Program-made: the position numbers and the translations under genes | Assembly (NCBI RefSeq): GCF_022539665.2 | Contig: NC_081333.1 | Location: 11,222,001-11,286,000, forward strand | Source: Daphnia carinata | Taxonomy: Eukaryota | DNA: 64,000 nucleotides | Direction of reading: 5' to 3' | Part shown: positions 21,740-33,600 of the stretch, piece by piece | Layout of the letters: the number at the start of each line of letters is the position of its first letter | Numbering within the stretch: position 1 is the stretch's first letter | Notes under the pieces: generated by a model | Database searches by the model: none | What the model was told of the DNA's origin: nothing | What the model saw: the letters and a program-made list of their open reading frames with translations, nothing else

Positions 21740-24700
21740 TCAAACTTCCGTTCCGTCTTCACCCTCGTCTTCGTAGGCCGCCTGGCCACCGCCACTATCA
21801 CCGCCACCATTTTCATGATCTTCTAATTTCACTGAATCACCCGTCGTCGAATGCCTTTTCTTCGGTTTGGGTGGCGGTTTGGGCGCTACTTTGGCCGCCG
21901 AAGCGACGTCATCGTGATACGGCACGACGCTCGCCGGTCGCGCGACCACTATTGATCCGGGTGGTTTTGGGGGCACGGCCGGAGCAATTTTCCTCCTCAG
22001 GCCTGTATTGCTACTCAGGCTGGATACGCTGGCCCGGCTCCCCGCCGTGCGGAAATCCGGAATGGGCGAAATCACCTCGGGCGCCGCGTTAGAGTATGAC
22101 GTGTTGGCGCTGGTGGGCGTCGATGAATCGTTGAGGAGATGTTGCATCTCGCTGTCATCCGCCCGCCGGATCGGCGTGCTGCTGTTGTTGTTGTTGTTGA
22201 AGTAGCCAAGCACCGGTTCGCGGCCCATCCGGTGATGGAGCTGATGATGATGATCATCGTACTGGCCGCTAGAGAGGATGTTGGGCGTACTGTGTTGGTG
22301 GTGACGTTGCTGGACCAAGGGCGACGACGGCGGAATGTCCACTTCCTCGATGGGCACATAATAAGCTGGAAGAGAGATCTTGTGCCCTCGGCTAAGCGTG
22401 CTGGACTGGAGGCGCGGACTGAGGCCCGACGAAGGATTGGGCGTCAAGCCGGCTATTTTATTGAGCGACAACGCCGACGTTGATGATCCATCGGCCGTCA
22501 CACGTGGTCCTATCGTGTCGTACAAAGGTTGTTGCGGTTCCTCCGGAGGTAATGAACCAGGTCCGGGAGAGGAAGAAGACATGGGCGGAGGCGAACTGGC
22601 CCAACTGGGCATCCTCGGCCGCGGTCTCCTGGGCAGCGTCACATAGCCCGGTCGGGGTCCGGCCGGAAGTAAAACGGCCGTACTACTGGTGGTGCTGCTG
22701 CTGTCGGTGAACTGCAGAGGCGGATGGATACCAATGACGCCGTAGCTCGGGTGGCCGGCAAGTTGAGCTGCACTCAACGTCGACATCATCATATGCTGCT
22801 GCTGCTGATTGGCCGCTTCATTGGACGCGCCCGAATGTGTACTAGGCGACCCGCCGCCTCGGGCTCCTCTGTGTGGAATGTCCAGCAAATCCGGATAGAA
22901 AGATCCGTCAGGATTTTGTTGCACTTGACATCCGTCCAACATCATCAAGTGTCTCGTCAGATTTTCAGGAACTCGACTCGAGTCGTAGCGATCGCCCGGA
23001 ATGTACGTGTTGGATCCGTGCATCATCCGCATTTGTTGTTGCTGTTGTTGTTGTTGCTGCTGCTGCTGCATCTGCTGATGGCGCAATTGAAGTTGCATTT
23101 GCATGTGTTGCTGGGCGTCGATGTCCGTCTGAGCGACGGCATGGTATCCGTCGGTCGAGGCATTTTGCAGCGCCGTGTGCTGATCCATTTCAATATCCAG
23201 CAGAGATTTCTCCTGTTCGGAAACGGCTGCAATCGATCCGTTTCCGTTGGCCGTTTTGGCCGAACCGTTCAATTTGGTGGCGCTGCCGTCGCGCGGCTGC
23301 TTTCTCTTGGGCATGCGGCGGACGAGGCACACAATGAGCAGGACGAGTCCGACGAGCAAAACAAGCGCTCCGACAATGGCCAACGTGATGGCCGTCGTGT
23401 ACGACATCAATCCCGTCTCCTCCTCAATGAGGATGGTGACGGGAGCCGGAGGCGTTTGCAGCGACACATTAGCGTCCACTTGGCCGCCTTTATTGCGGGC
23501 GATACACCGGTACTGGCCAGCATCTTGTTCGCTAATGCGTCGCAATGTCAAGTTGCTCCAATACTCGAACTCGGGTTGCTGCGGTTCGGCGTGCGGCGAA
23601 GCAATCGGCGGATTAATTTTGGTCGGATGCGACGACTGGCGGATGACAAATTGTTCGCTCTGCGACGCAGTCGTCGTGTTGACAATCTGAATAAACCGAG
23701 CGGAAAATTGAGTTACAAATCTCATTAACTGGCCCTAGTTTCTCCAATGTGACTCGCAACACACAAGCGCATTACGTAATCAAGGTTTCACCTCTCTCTA
23801 TTTTTTTTTTTTTTGTTTACCTGTCGGTTCTGGAGGACCCACCAGATGGTGGGCGGTGGGTTGCCGCTTACTCGACAGCTAAAAGTGACGTCGAATCCGA
23901 GCCGGCCTTCGACGTGCGCCTCGCTGACGTCGATGAGCGGCTTACAGGCGAAATCCTCGGCGGCCAACCGGCTCCACGGCTTCCCTTTGAGATGCTCCGG
24001 CTCGGCGCAGAGCGTCAGCGTCGAATTGAGATTGGCCTCGGAGAGGTAGTCGCGCAGGGCCAGGAGACGGCAGTCGCAGTTCCACGGGTTGTCCTGCAGG
24101 TCGAGGCTCTTGAGCTTGTTGAGTGGGAGGAAGACTTCCGGTTTGAGGCTGGTGAACCTGTTGGCCGAGAGTTTCAGCGTCTCCAACTTGCTCAGGTCCA
24201 TAAAGGCCTTCTTGTCGACGAGCTCCAGTTGGCAGTTGACCAGTTCCAGGCTGCGCAAGTTGGGCAACGGCGGGAACTGATGCGCCTCCAATTTCCCCAG
24301 CGGGTTGTGACTCAGCGACAGGGAGCGGAGTCTCTCGTTGGCGTTGAACGTCTCCGGATTGAATCGGCGCAGTTGGTTGTGCGACAGATCCACTTCGACC
24401 ATGATGTTGAGGTCGTGGAAGGCGTCCTTCTCCACGGTGCGCAGGCTGCAGTTGCGTAGGAAGATGCGCTGCAAATTGAGGAGACCGACGGAGGAGAAGG
24501 CCCGGTTGACCAACACGCCCAGCTGATTGCCTCGCAAATCGAGCACTTGAATTTCGGGGCTCAAATTTTCGGGTATCGTCGTGAATCCAGCGCCTGGACA
24601 CTCGGCCACTTTCTTGCCGTCGGCCCATTTGCATGTGCAACCGGCCGTGCATGTGGCCGTCCAATCCGCTTTGGCCAGACCTGCCAGCATGGCCACGATG

Positions 24701-24750
24701 CAGAAGAATAACATCAAAATAGCCTTCAGCAAGATCGTCATTGTTGCCAT
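21740..24750 (-). CDS. Kekkon-family (Kek5/Kek6-like) LRR + Ig transmembrane receptor, about 958 aa, two coding exons (24750-23821, 23686-21740)
   Basis: Signal peptide from ATG 24750; LRRNT DWTATCTAGCTCKWADGKKVAEC; about 7 LRRs; LRRCT NPWNCDCRL...FACKP; Ig domain (VTFSCRVSGNPPP...DAGQYRCIARNKGG); TM helix; cytoplasmic YPDLLD, YVTLPRR and LYDTIGPRVTADGSS motifs; C-terminal EDEGEDGTEV class I PDZ ligand as I recall for Kek5. The 134-bp GT-AG intron (23687-23820) joins in frame. Confidence 0.92.
23031..23078 (-). repeat. CAG/CAA poly-glutamine (opa) repeat in the Kekkon cytoplasmic tail
   Basis: Encodes QQMQQQQQQQQQQQQM. Poly-Asn (~22183-22199) and His runs lie further along the same exon. Confidence 0.9.
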
Positions 24751-24915
24751 GTTGTCCTTAAAATCCGGCGTATTTTTTTTTCCAAACCCTCCCCATGCAC
24801 CAATGAACACAATTTTATTATTTTCGTTTTTTTTTTTTTTTTTGGAATGTTTAATTGTCTCGGTAGCGAACGTGATGACTGGGATTCTTCATGTGGATCC
24901 GATTTAGTTCATTAC
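24751..24915 (-). other. 5' UTR portion of the first coding exon of the kekkon gene, with upstream splice acceptor
   Basis: Minus strand reads tgttttttttaacAG|GTAATG at 24916/24915 (pyrimidine tract plus CAG), implying upstream non-coding exon(s). Confidence 0.65.
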
Positions 24916-27644
24916 CTGTTAAAAAAAACAAAAAACAAAGAAATTCCAACGTTAATTTCAAATGATTTTTACAGTTTTCAAAGGTAAAACACAAAAAATA
25001 TTCCCCCGGAAAATCTGTATCCGTTGTGTAACTTCCAACTGAAAGAAGTTTCTAGAGGAAAAAAGATAAAGAGAAAGCTAAAGCATAATGATGAACCTTG
25101 TGTGTACATGGCCACACGAGCGTCCTAATCAGATCCCCCCCTTCAGTGTTGAACTTTGTTTCCACAACGGCTGCTCCAAACTCAAAGTTCACTGTAGTGT
25201 GTCTTGTCTGCTTACTGGGGTTCTATTTTTTTGATAAAAGAACGGCAAGCTGTTGGAGAGGCCTACAACACACAGCTGGGTTTCTGTTGTACGTAAAAAA
25301 TCGGACTAGACACAAGAAGAAGAGATGGGGCTAAAAGATTAGACGTTCCAAGCTTTATCTTGCGGTATTAAATTTGAAAAATGATTCTCTCTCCGTAGGC
25401 TGCGGTAATCAAATCCAGCCAAAACTATTTGGCCCCAAACAACAAAAGAATGAATTACGACAGATTTTTTCTTTTCACGCACCGTTAGCTAGCGGGAATG
25501 ATTCGAATGTCAGCATCATGCAGAAAAGAAAACTGAGACTCATTTGGGTTAGCATTCATCAAGAACACGACCACAACTATTGTACACACACACCAACGCC
25601 GTTGTTATATGTATCCAGACGCCTACGATAATGAATGTAATGCATGCCCCATAGGCTAATGCTTCCCCCGGCTTTTTTTTTATCATCAATCCTCACCCTA
25701 ACAGAAAAAAAAAACGAAACTGGGAACTGATAAAAAGCAGATAACTTTGCCGTTGTAATATTTGTTTTCTGCATGAAAAAAACGTTCAAACACTGTAAAA
25801 GATTTACCCCAGAGACGACCGTTACTGAACGACCGAGCAAAGGTAACAATAGGTTAGAGAGGGGCTCCACCCAAACAATCATCAAGGAAAAGTGTAATCA
25901 TTCATAGAGCACATACGTGTTTTTCCCATCAGAAAAAAAGGTCTGTTCTCTTTCGCGGGTTGCACACACAAAAGCAGCGGCTGGATTAATCCCGAAAATA
26001 ACAAAATGGCTAGGAAAATGGTACAACACCACGCCCAAATCGATTTGGTCCAATGGGAATGTTTTGTTTAAAAAAGAAAAGAAAATAGGGCCTAAATCTT
26101 TTAACTTGTTCCACTCTAAATGAAAAAATAAATCATAAGCTTTTTACATGTTTTTTTAAAACAGACGAAAAAAAACTTGCCATGATTCATTTGTTTGAAA
26201 CTCTGTGAGGACAACATTTTAACTACCTTCAAGTTCGCTCTCGGAAGAGTTGAATTAAAAATTATTTTTTAAAAAGAAAAGGAGGGAAGCAAAGTTTGTG
26301 GTAGCACGACACACACAAAGTTCTGGATATTTTTTGAGAAAGAAAAAAAACTGCCATGAGAGTAGAGGAAAGAAAAACGTGACAAGGTACAAAAGTCGGC
26401 CTGGTCACACAACATGGGTTAAGAAATGTGTGGCTGGTTGCATTTTGATATTATATGACATTTTATGATGACGGTCGTATAAACTAGCGTAGACAAGCAC
26501 CGCGAGAAAGAAAGAAGAAAAAAAGTTTTTCGTGATATTCTTTTTAAGATGTCCCTCAACTGGCGAGTTCACGCATTCAATTCCCGTTTCTTGCTCAAAT
26601 TGTAAGGAGGAGGGATGAAACCTCATGAGTCATTGGCGTTCTTTCTTTCAGTTAACGAGTCGAAGTTTTTGAAAAAAGCATCCGGTTGACTCAACACGCG
26701 AAGAAGAACACGAAATTATGAAAAATCTAGTTTTCTTTTTTAAACTAAGCCAACCCCATTTTTTTTCCATTGCTATCACCCAAGGAGATCAGGCGGGATG
26801 GGTGTCTCTAGGCGATTTGATGGATTGTTCCACACACGCACACACACACACACAAAAAGGCACAAGTCTGGACTGCTCTTTTTCAAAACGTCTCACAAGG
26901 AAATGGTTGATTTCTTGTTCCCCAGATGGGCTAAACCCCAGTGAACAACTTATTGAAGGGTGTCATTTCAAACGTTCCATCAGACTTCATTTGGTGCGTT
27001 TAGAATAACTAGGGAACCAAAAAAAAAGGAGAGAGAGAGAGAGAGAATACTTCAAAAAGAGAATTCGAGACAAGGACGCCATTATGGCTTGGCCAACGGC
27101 GGCAACAACATCCGAGTTTTGTCGAGCGTTGACCGTCAGGGGGCAGATCGAGGGGGACACAATTTTGAATTTCTTTTACCTGATCACGCTGTATAAAACA
27201 TCCATTCGATCCATTAGAGTGGTTGTCACGCATGGGCGAAAAAAGAAACTTTAAAAATGAGGAAAGAAAAATTTGAAATCCAGCTCACACTATACGCACA
27301 CCTGGCGGGAAGCCAGTCGAGACAACGACAACCTCAGTTTTTTTTTTCTTCACTTATTAACCATGGCTACGTGAGAAAATTGTTACATTTGATTATAATC
27401 CACAAGGAGGCTTTACTGTACTACTCGATCGCATCAAAAGATTAAAAAAGGGGTTTTTTTGTTTGCACTAGAAACAAAAACAAAACACGTTTATCAGTTG
27501 CCAGGAAATATCACAAAAGATTTGCAGGCACACAAGTTTCGCACACAGCGACGACAAACGGCAACGAACCAAAAACGTAACGGACAGGACGGGCTCTCGA
27601 CAACGACTGGCTGGCTTGGAGAGGAAGGCAAGCTTAACTGACTG

Positions 27645-27669
27645 CACACACACACACACACACACGCGC
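27645..27669. repeat. (CA)10 microsatellite running into CGCGC
   Basis: Read directly from the sequence. Confidence 0.9.
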
Positions 27670-30600
27670 TTGGCTTAAGCTTTTGCTTACCGGTGAAGGC
27701 AAAGCTTCCCCAACCTCTGTCAACCCCTGAGGCCATGTGGCATTGAGGGGTTTTTCTTTCTTTTTTTTTTCAAGGGTTTACCACCGCCGGCGCCACATAA
27801 TATAAAAAGAAACCTAGCGGCAAACAAGTGAACTATACGAGTTCTAATCATTATCCCGACAACAACAATACTACCAAAAAAAGGAAAAATATTATTAAAA
27901 TAGATGGGGGCAACATTCCATTTAGTCGGCATTTTATGCATAAAAAAACAAATGAAAAACGCCGGTTGTTGAAACGGAATCTAATTTCAATTCGAGACAT
28001 TCCACGAAATGTTGAATTTTTTCTCCTTTTTCACTTCATTTGAAAACAAAGATTGACCGAACATGAAACAAAAAAAAAAAGAATTAAAAAAAAAAGTGAA
28101 ATTATTTTTATGCGGTAACGGGAGAGTCACGAAAGCCCTTTCTTCCCCCCCAGTATTATAAAAACAAGATGACTCATTGCGGTTTCTTGTTCATTGGTGG
28201 TTCCAGCATCATCAGGTCTGTTATTTATTTTTTTTTTCATTTCAAATGTTTTTTTTTTTTATCTTTTTCCACGCTCAGTCTGGACAGGTGCAAAATTGTT
28301 GAGATTTGGCAATGATTTCTTGTTCGTGCACGTCACACTTCAAATAATCAAACACTGAAAAACAAAACAAAACTAAAATTGCTTGGTTCATGTTTGTTTG
28401 TTGTTTTGTTTCATTAGATTTGCAATGAATCACTTGGAGGAAGTAAGAAAAAAGCGGTTTGAGCACGAAACGGAAATGACTGTTTGCTTTAGAAAATGGT
28501 CGCCAGTCATTTGAGCAGTGACGTTCTGCTTCAAGTAACCGTACCAACTCTGTTGTGCAGTTCGCATTGAAACGCGATATGACGAAAGTGAGACGAACAT
28601 TTTTCTAATGTTGTATGTGTTTTCAAGACATTCTGATGGATAAAAAAAAAAAAGAAATTCCATGAACTGAAGAGTGTCGGATAAGAAACATGTAGAACGT
28701 GTCTTAACCGTGCTGTTCGAGCCTTAGCAAAATCACTATGCCCACGTCTAATGTATCCGAAACTGACCCTAAAAAAAAATGGGATGTTTGTCAACCTAAG
28801 ACCTCAGTAAACGTATCTCTTTTTTTTTCTTTGCAAAAGCTTTTTTTTTATCACTGGTTTCTGTATCAAGTTCTAGCTAAACATTCCAGAGGAGGATTTT
28901 TACAGCAGACTTTTAAGAAAATGGATAAAGTCTGTGGCTATAAATTCAGGCCCCTGTGATCCAATGGACTGAACTTTATGAAAATTCTTCTCTGTTTGCA
29001 ATATTAGTTAAATGGAATTTTGTTTTTCATGTACGTTATGCAGAATATTTTCCATTTGATTAGAATCATCGGAGTTTTTTTTTTTTTTTTTTCTGACTCA
29101 CTTTTGGCTTTCATTCCCACACACACACAAAAAAAAGAGGGGGTTCACACTTCCGTTTGGTTTTGCATCTGAGGCCGGATGTTGGACCGTGTCACATTCA
29201 GGAAACGGAGACCAGTCGATTCTGCTGGTGTCGACGGGTTGACTTTGCAGCACCGACAACAACGAAAAATGTTGACTCTCAATAAATCACAGCCGTTGAT
29301 TCGACGAAAGAATTTGGGGAATTGGGAAAAAAAAAGGGAGGACAGTAAAAAAAAAAAAAAAAAAAAGGATGAAAAAGGCACGTACATCGATCAGGATATC
29401 TGTCTTGTTCCGGGGCGGAAGTTATTTCAAAACGACCTAATAAAAACGTTACGTACATAGGAAAACTAAAAATAGTCATAAATAAATAATGCACTTGGAA
29501 ATCGAACCCATAGCCATCGAGTGGGAAATGAAAAAAATCGACAAAAATTAGACAGCAAAAATGATAACAGTAACAGCCAAACAAAGAGAAACTAAATAAA
29601 ATACTATGAAATCAAATAAGGAAAAAAAAAAAAATCTACAACCAGATCGATTCCCTCCGCCAATTACGCATAGGCCATACATCCGCTTCCGGAGAGACAG
29701 AGATCAGCCAGAGGTCAATCGTCCCTCTATAAATTGCCCTTATAAATGTTCATATCTTTTTCTCGGCCATGAATTTTCGGCGTTGGTTGGCAACTCGCCA
29801 CAATTCCCGGAAGTAAATGCGTACGTGGATGTCGTCATTTAATGCCCCCACAGATCCGTCATAAATTTCATCACTTTCTCATGCCGTTGTTAAATCTTAA
29901 AAACTCATTACTTTCATTCCCAAAACTTCAGATTTTAAAAATTGAATTTGTTGTGCCACCTACTGGCATTTTCAGAGATCAAATCAATAAAATTCACACG
30001 ACTTTTCTTCCTTTTTTTCTTCAAAAACATCTTGACTGATTAAATCCCACACATATCACCCAGGTGATTTTCTTTTTTCGTTGCTTCGTAATTTCTCGGT
30101 CCATGGGTCTAACTCTTTCCAAGCGTCAACGAAATACGAGAAACAAGGGCCAACGACCTCGCCTGTTTCAATCAAACTTTTCACTTGATCTGATCAAGTT
30201 CTCCAGTCAGACATGTGGCGTTCGAAATGTCAGCAATAACGTTAGCAACACGAATCGCAAAATGAACAAACTGTGTGTCTAGTTGTTTACCTTTTCCGTA
30301 TAAACCACGTAGTCCAAAGTAACAATCGATAACACGATCAAGAAATTGTGGGATCACTCCTTTGTTTCTCGCTCTGCTGAGGCAGACGTTTTGGCGGCAA
30401 TTATGGCGACATCGTCGTGAAGAAAAAGGAAGTTTACCTCCCGGCACTAAACGCTTAGCATTTAATGCTCTACGAACATGGAGCTATTTTTAATCTATTG
30501 CGCAAAATGTTGTTTTCTAATGGACAGATAAGAGACCACTCAGTTGAAATTCCGTCAGAACTAAATGACAATATAAATTTCCTATTGGGGGATTTCATCC

Positions 30601-33600
30601 CTGCGGCTATGCAAGTTAGAATATTTGCAGACGATTTTCAGTTAGATTGCCCTTACCAAATACGGGAATCAACTTACATAAATCTGGCACCTTACGCACG
30701 ACAGAAGGGGGGAGGGGGTGAATTGTTTTTTTGTGCGTTGATCCAGGCGAAATCCTCAACGAGGATGGCCCTGGACTTTCAAATGTGTTTTAGTTCTGTG
30801 CACACATACTTGTATAGTGCTTTATAGCAAATGGTGTGCCAGAGTACAAATTGTGTTACAGCAAAAACGACTCAAGCGTCAAAATCAGCCGGCAATAGCA
30901 GAGAGCCGGACAATTCTCCTAGGCAAAAGTCGTTTCGTTCAATCCACTACACGTTGCCAAGTCTCTGTACAGAGAGTTTCAAGCAGCTCATTATTTAAAG
31001 CAAAATCTACTCGCCAGTTTCGTCTTATTTACATCTACAAACGTCAACAATCTACTCCCGTTGGCTAGATAGCGGATTTAATCCAAGCACTCGAATGTTT
31101 GGCTGTGGCCGTTGTTGCCATTTTTTATTCTTTTTTCTTTTTTAAAGAAAGAAAATTGCAAAATTTTGTGTCGCCGACGAGGGACTTGAAAGATAAAGGA
31201 AAGCGATTCATTACGTGCTGCAAATTATAGAGAGACAAATTGAAAAGGAAAAAAACAGGAAACATTTACAAGATGAAAAGAGCTTGTGTCTTCATCTTGG
31301 CGTTCCGGCATTTGGAGAACCATGGCTTCCGCCAAACTAAACAAAAATGTAGGGACACAAAAGGACGAACAACATGACGTCAAACTGGACGTGCAAAATT
31401 GGCCCCTTTTTATTCATTGTCGAGAGCATCGCCTTTGACAAAAAGGGAAAAGGCTAGTAATGTATTTCCGCTTGAAACGTCTTAGCGTCCGATTGTTTGA
31501 TGCCTGCAGTCTCGTCTTACACGAAAACATATTTTCTTTTGTATTGGGGAGGGGGAGTCATGAAATCTTGCAATTTAAACACATAACAGAGGTCGATTGA
31601 GAAAGAAAAAAATGTTAAAAGTCATTAAATTGGTAGCACGAAATGGGGGTCGATTGTTTGGCAATGTGGGATGTCAGTCAGCAGACGACGCTCTACATTT
31701 GCACAGATTTTTGGTGTTTTTCGACAGAAACATGGAATTTCGGCCACCAAAACAAGAGCACCTTCTTATCAGGAACAGTCACAACGTATTGCCACTTGGG
31801 CACGTCTTCATCTCAACGTGCATTCTACCCTTTTTTTGTGCGTTAGTTCATTTCTATATCGTGTACGTGGGGACAGCAGCAGACGTGATCAAACGGCCGT
31901 TTGCTCTACACACAACGGTCCCAGAAATTTTCCTTTTCGTGAAATCATGTCCCTCTACAACCGGGTTCGACCAATAGTTTCACTGGATTTTTCCCTGCCA
32001 CCAGCTGTGCTTCTATTTTGTGTGTGTTTTCTTTCCATTTATTTCAAGATCCATTTTGTTTTTATTCAACTATTCCTAACAATTGGAAATGAATGGCTGT
32101 AATTGAAAAAGCCAGCTGCTTTTCTTTTTTGAGAAGGTGAGCTAATCAATAATACATTACATAGACTAGAGACGCTGTTGGCATAGCGCTGTAGAAGAAC
32201 ATAACATCCTTTCGCTATTGTTTATGCAAGGCCTTCTTTTTATCCGCCATTTGTTTATGCAAGGCAGCCACCACACTCGCCGCATCTGATAGTTTCAATA
32301 CATTTACTTAAATGGATGTCAAACTTCGTGTGCTGGTTTTTTTTTCTCAAAATAAAAAAAAAAGAAAAAAAAGCGGACATGTCTACGGCTTCCGGAGGAG
32401 CTCTGTTCCTGGCCAGCTTTGATAATGACGACTGATGATGCAGCATCCCGAAGGGCGAACGTGTGCAAGCAAGAAGAGAGACATCGTCATCATCACGTTA
32501 TCTTTTTATTTCGGCTTCGTGACTTTTGGACGAGGAAAGACGGGAACAGCCTTTTAGCGCAGCGTTTGAAAACAAGACGAAAAAAAAAGGAAAGAAAGAA
32601 GAGAGTCTTTATTCCGCCCGGTGGCCAGTAACTGGGCAAACTACTTTGGTTAACTATAACTCTTTTAAGATGAATGCAGCATGATCGCTATATGGAAATG
32701 AGGATGGGCAGAGAAGGTTAAACCGATTTGCATAGATGACAGACGAGCGGATCGTGAACCGAATTAGAATAATGAATTTGAACCGAGAGACTTTTGCTGT
32801 CATTTTCACTGGATTGGTAAAGACACATTCAACATAAGCTGAACTGCGCATTATAAGCGATAAACTTAAAACGAAATTTTCCCCATTTATTACTATTTTT
32901 TAACCCAAAGAACAAAAGGATCGATGCATAGAGAGTTATCCTCACTTGTGAAGGATGCTATGTATAGAACAGGGATTCTGCGACTGTCGTGTTGCGGACA
33001 CACTTTGAATCAATAGCTACGCGGGACATTCTTCATCACCCGCACAGTCTTGTTATTAGTAAACTAAATATATCAACGAAATTTGCGCAGCGCATGGAAC
33101 GAAATCAAACGCCATTCTGTATGTTATCTACGATTGGTTTATTTAGCAGCCGCCTACAATTGATCTTTCCCTTTGATAGCATCTCTATGTGTATACACTT
33201 AGACATGGGATATTGGATTTCAGTGGTTTTTTTTTAGCAGAACATGTACATCGTATATCAATTGAATAATTAATTAGCAACAAAGAGGAGATGTCGAGTT
33301 ATTAGTCTCTTGTCTATAGGTGAATCCATCTCGAATAGGAAATTTATGTACACGGTTGCCCCTGATGTGTGCGTATAAAGACATAAATTCGACACTAGAG
33401 TTATATAGCTCGTTATATGATGTAATGCCAGGGATTATTAGCATCAGAATCTCAGCCTATGGGAGGAGCTAATACAATCAAAATGGGCGGATATTCGGCA
33501 GTAATAGGGACATAGGGGAGACTATCTAAAAAACTAGTATGATGAATCTAATTGGCTCAGTCTGGTTGACAGCACGTCGTAATAATAAAAAAAAAGCGTC

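Noticed and set aside
22724..24459. Long plus-strand ORFs (334 aa and 236 aa) antisense to kekkon, and a 240-aa alternate-frame minus ORF
   Set aside because: Expected shadow ORFs of a GC3-rich CDS that avoids TTA/CTA/TCA codons; they end where the exon ends and the translations mirror the sense low-complexity repeats.
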